DNA of 57,611 bases. It comes from Lutibacter sp. (GTDB lineage Bacteria > Bacteroidota > Bacteroidia > Flavobacteriales > Flavobacteriaceae). The notes under the pieces were generated by a model. It was not told the DNA's origin. It ran no database searches and saw only the letters and a list, made by a program, of their open reading frames with translations. The position numbers and the translations under genes are program-made. The stretch covers positions 1 through 57,611 of the forward strand of contig DQTL01000173.1 in the NCBI GenBank assembly GCA_015662775.1, in the 5' to 3' direction. Positions 55,201 to 57,611 of this stretch are shown here, piece after piece. Position 1 is the stretch's first letter. Every line of letters begins with the position of its first letter.

Positions 55201-57240
55201 TAAAGTTAAATCGGTATTTGCAGATTGTATGGCAATAATTTTATAAAACGGTTTTTGCTCTACTCCATTATTGATGACTACAATTTCTACATTGACTCGT
55301 AAATCTTCGACAAACTTTGTAATTTTCGATTTAATTATTGAACTATCAGTATTATTATGATTTACGTAAAGCACTCGTATTTTTGCTCTATTCCAATCGG
55401 TAGATTGTGTAATAAAGCGAACAATGTTGAGCATCATTTCAGCATTTTTACTGTCTGTTTCTCTCCACCATAAATCTACACTTGATTTTTTTCCAAACTT
55501 GGCTTTTTGATCAAAATCTAGATAGAGTAAATTATAATCTAAATGCAACAGAGTTTGGGTCATCGAAGTATAATCACCTGATTTATTAAGTTTCCTAGGC
55601 CAACCCATCATTACCGTATTGGGTTCAACACCTGAAAAACCAAAAGTAGAAGCTATATTTTCAATACCTTTAAAGATATTATCTACTTTTACTTGTCTTG
55701 AAAACATGCCTAAATCTTTAAAAGAATTCTCTTTTAACACTTGCTCTGACTTTTTAAAAGGCTTGGTGTTATTTTTATCTAAGATTAATTTGAAATTAGT
55801 TACAATACCTGTTCGACCCGCTATCGTATCACTCAGTTGTAATAAGTATTTACGATGTGCACTTTCACCACTAAAAAGAATAATATTTGGGTTCCAATTG
55901 GCACTGGTATCATTTTCTTTTGTGTCTAATTTTTTCAACCCTTTAGCGACAATATTTTCCCAAACACTTTGCCATACATCACCTGTTTCTAAGGCAAGTT
56001 GTTTTCTTTGTAATAATAGATAAATACCAATAATTATAACGATGGCACCAAACATGGCAAGCATATCTAGTTTAAACATGATACCAAAACTTGCTAAAAA
56101 GCCTAATAGACCAAACCAACGGTTTACTTTAAAACTGGGCTGAAAATCGGGATTTGCCCAACTCTCTAAGAAAAAAGAAAGATTGATAAAACCATAAGCC
56201 GCTAAATAAAACATGGAAACTACACGGGCAATAACATCTAATTCACCAATTAATATACCAGCTTGTGCAATAACAAAAACTAGAATTAAGGCATTGACGG
56301 GTTCATTATTTTGTCCTTTTCCTTTTCCGAATAATTTAGGTGTTACCTTGTCGATAGACATGGCTTGTAAGATTCTTGGTCCGCCTAAAATACCACCTAA
56401 TGCCGAGGATAAGGTTGCTCCCCAAATACCAGCGACAACAGCAGGTGACCATAGGGCTATTTTCATCAAAATATTATAGTCACTACGTAATGTTTCAGAA
56501 TCAATATAATACGAAAGGAAAAATGCCAAGCCTATATAAACAACAAAACCGACTGCTATTGCGGCAATAGTACCAATAGGAAGTGACTTTTTCGGATCTT
56601 TTAAATCACCACTCATTGCTACACCTGCGGTAAATCCAGTAACAGCAGGAAAGAATATGGCAAACACCATTTCGAGTGGAACCGACTTTTCACTTGCAAA
56701 AAGAGCAACTGATTGCGGTGCAAATTCATTAGTTCCAAATCCTATAGAAACTAAAGATATCACGATAGCCGCTAAAATAAAAAATTGTGTTTTTAAAGCA
56801 AATGAAGTACTAATTAGGGCAATCACAGTCAATAAAAGAAGAGCAATAGAACCTGCAATTCGTAATCCATTAATACTCGTATCAAAACCAAAATAGCCAT
56901 TAAAACTCTCGGCAAAACCAATTAAATATAATGCAATAGAAAATGCCGTACCAATATAAAGCGTAACGCCAATTGCTCCACCGATAGGAATTCCCATACT
57001 TCTGGAAAGTATATAATAAATTCCTCCTGCTCCAACTTTTTTATCGGTAGCTATTGAAGACAAACTCAATCCTGTAGAAATAGAGATTACATGTGCTATA
57101 ACCACAATAATAATTGTACCTATTAAGCCTGCGTTACCAACTACCCAACCCATTCTCATATACATGATTACACCAAGTATAGTTAAAATAGAAGGTGTGA
57201 AAACTCCTGAAAATGCTCCGAACTTGTTTTTATCTGACAT
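52273..57240 (-). CDS. 1655-aa fusion protein: SLC12/CCC-type cation-chloride cotransporter (TM core + SLC12 C-terminal domain) + long helical linker + C-terminal P-loop NTPase/winged-helix-like module
   Basis: aa 1-~412: APC/CCC TM core (FGAFSGVFTPSILTILGVIMYMRMGWVVGNAG). aa ~430-715: CCC C-terminal domain hallmarks NWNPNIILFSGE and GVEPNTVMMGWPRK. aa ~715-1330: N/Q/K/E/S-rich helical region including Q6. aa 1370-1377: Walker A GDALSGKT. aa ~1433-1440: Walker B-like VFVFNDLE. The tail is helical and wHTH-like. Confidence 0.75.
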   Translation of the reverse strand: MSDKNKFGAFSGVFTPSILTILGVIMYMRMGWVVGNAGLIGTIIIVVIAHVISISTGLSLSSIATDKKVGAGGIYYILSRSMGIPIGGAIGVTLYIGTAFSIALYLIGFAESFNGYFGFDTSINGLRIAGSIALLLLTVIALISTSFALKTQFFILAAIVISLVSIGFGTNEFAPQSVALFASEKSVPLEMVFAIFFPAVTGFTAGVAMSGDLKDPKKSLPIGTIAAIAVGFVVYIGLAFFLSYYIDSETLRSDYNILMKIALWSPAVVAGIWGATLSSALGGILGGPRILQAMSIDKVTPKLFGKGKGQNNEPVNALILVFVIAQAGILIGELDVIARVVSMFYLAAYGFINLSFFLESWANPDFQPSFKVNRWFGLLGFLASFGIMFKLDMLAMFGAIVIIIGIYLLLQRKQLALETGDVWQSVWENIVAKGLKKLDTKENDTSANWNPNIILFSGESAHRKYLLQLSDTIAGRTGIVTNFKLILDKNNTKPFKKSEQVLKENSFKDLGMFSRQVKVDNIFKGIENIASTFGFSGVEPNTVMMGWPRKLNKSGDYTSMTQTLLHLDYNLLYLDFDQKAKFGKKSSVDLWWRETDSKNAEMMLNIVRFITQSTDWNRAKIRVLYVNHNNTDSSIIKSKITKFVEDLRVNVEIVVINNGVEQKPFYKIIAIQSANTDLTLLGIPNIKTEKQADFIVNTTQLFNTIGSTLMVKASNNFNELKFDVNQESNIELSESSVLKPLPLSENNTINSKVGELDAVLNDTLNSFSEQSLRIIASSYSQFISEISQKFDDLSSALVEKNEVKEIIPYLQSFSKELIATSESFKENKLSTASESLYKELNKLQKVRYDFIENEPKNISFKTNRKVKWKAILNFYFIEKITPNLQKSLYQFGAQNFVMLSSLTEGLVKETQLFVENTSANNKQALATFVENSQSLIKTQLQTAQRLKSTVVDSIQQFERDQTIELLNNIEKPNFFKKIQNTKNKASKKDSLAIKNNVAWFGTNWYKNQLLCHNQTEMDWLLTDTGLLLSNINENIKNHLTESMINPQLEKIKILSKIDAELRKGEEKNLDKQTIDALIEIAEGISSVNLSNLFEDEEKSITQLTQKTNRIVSLMNPTSFNVLSEKQNDSEENIQINLATVQNHIIQANYLGTLQESINELEELYNQNSEGIYNTANKLIYLIDETSIESKGTKQLKNEVQENIAINLSNLRKLKDIFLLDLKTNLHQTQDLLTIRVILESTDLLDKSAQKTVLTSKFTDWKQKKTSDFGILKKQIKTFVNQQQQQQELDNQLSKDFYKGYANKIEQTYSFLQEQRIDKEVSKILPFYYKKLFTGSHLVNTSIEERPEYLKGKDALKRLESGVNGAIMIIGDALSGKTFLSDAIARIPEKSVKYDINPPANQTYTNADLHKVFQKLFNKKGTSLSILKQIKPAVFVFNDLEKWWTRSENGVKTLNHLTSLIEKMGDKHTFILNANRYSYGVIKQTTQLEKQLITTIIMRPYSKLEINSIILNRHKVGGASIYYKNELVRNSKKINKIISKLQILSEGSIGVSLQKWLPIISLNKENELSISEPVSTKMPKIFNAEWKVLLYAFVLHNNLSEAQVKILFNDESNHFFKALEEMEKGTLVTKQADARYILNNSARFFIEKHLKSLSII

Positions 57241-57261
57241 ATATCCTTATAATGTAATTCA

Positions 57262-57269
57262 CAAAGATA
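57262..57269 (-). promoter_or_regulatory. -7 promoter box TATCTTTG for the giant transporter gene
   Basis: Reverse complement of caaagata, 22 nt upstream of ATG 57240. Confidence 0.5.
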
Positions 57270-57349
57270 AGAAATTGAACGTTACGAAATATAACGTTTA
57301 ATGGTGAAAGATGAAGGAGAAAAGTTGAGAGTATAAAAGGTAAAGGTAA

Positions 57350-57611
57350 TTAAACAACCTCAGCCACGACAAAAGTACTACCACCTACATAAATTACATC
57401 AGCTTTTGATGTATTGATTTGAGCTTGTTTTAATGCTTTGGCTACTGATTTGTAGGTTTTTCCTAATAAATTGTAAGCTACAGCCTTTTGCTGTAATATT
57501 TTTGAAGCTAAAGCTCTAGGCACATTTGCTTGACAGAAATAATAAGTAGCTTTTTTTGGAAATAGTGGTAAAATAGTCTCTAAGTTTTTATCATCAACAA
57601 CACCTAACACA
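57350..57611 (-). CDS. folC: folylpolyglutamate synthase/dihydrofolate synthase, C-terminal fragment (5' end outside window)
   Basis: The reading frame is open to the window edge. The tail VLGVVDDKNLETIL...ATYYFCQANVPRAL...VIYVGGSTFVVAEVV resembles the FolC/Mur-ligase C-terminal domain. Confidence 0.7.
   Translation of the reverse strand, partial: VLGVVDDKNLETILPLFPKKATYYFCQANVPRALASKILQQKAVAYNLLGKTYKSVAKALKQAQINTSKADVIYVGGSTFVVAEVV

Overview
This is a low-GC chromosomal segment with Bacteroidota/Flavobacteriia hallmarks. TAnnTTTG -7 promoter boxes sit in front of many genes. Shine-Dalgarno sequences are nearly absent, with rpsU the one striking exception. ccoN and ccoO are fused, and a DUF3467 gene follows rpoC. 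I call about 45 protein genes and 6 tRNAs. Left part of the window: gcvP (stop codon cut by the window edge), a UbiA-like membrane protein, ppx/gppA-family, sixA, a cyclophilin-FKBP fusion PPIase, two nucleotide-sugar enzymes, ggt, acpH, a polytopic membrane protein, dnaN, a THUMP RNA methyltransferase and lipA. Middle: an ABC/ABC-2 pair, an FNR-type regulator beside a complete cbb3 oxidase cluster (ccoI-ccoS-ccoNO-ccoQ-ccoP-ccoG), mutS2, ung, an MtfA-like peptidase, nnr, DUF2461, a methyltransferase and a TonB-dependent receptor. Right part: the classical tRNA(Thr-Tyr-Gly-Thr)-tuf-tRNA(Trp)-secE-nusG-rplKAJL-rpoBC block, hpf, a xerC-like recombinase, rpsU and tRNA-Val, ending with an MscS-like channel, a 1655-aa transporter fusion and the 3' end of folC. 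Most of the window is core housekeeping. I see no CRISPR array, prophage, IS element or recognisable defence island. The most unusual locus is at 51.6-57.2 kb: an SLC12/CCC-type cotransporter fused to a ~600-aa helical linker and a C-terminal P-loop NTPase module, translationally coupled to an MscS-like channel. Other points of interest are an exact sigma-54 promoter with a strand-specific terminator (candidate ~95-nt RNA) downstream of a (TGAGAAC)4 repeat, a 12-nt anti-SD complement in front of rpsU, and a small repeat family next to tRNA genes, one copy flanked by a duplicated tRNA-Gly 3' end. All domain calls rest on motif recognition by eye; no searches were run.
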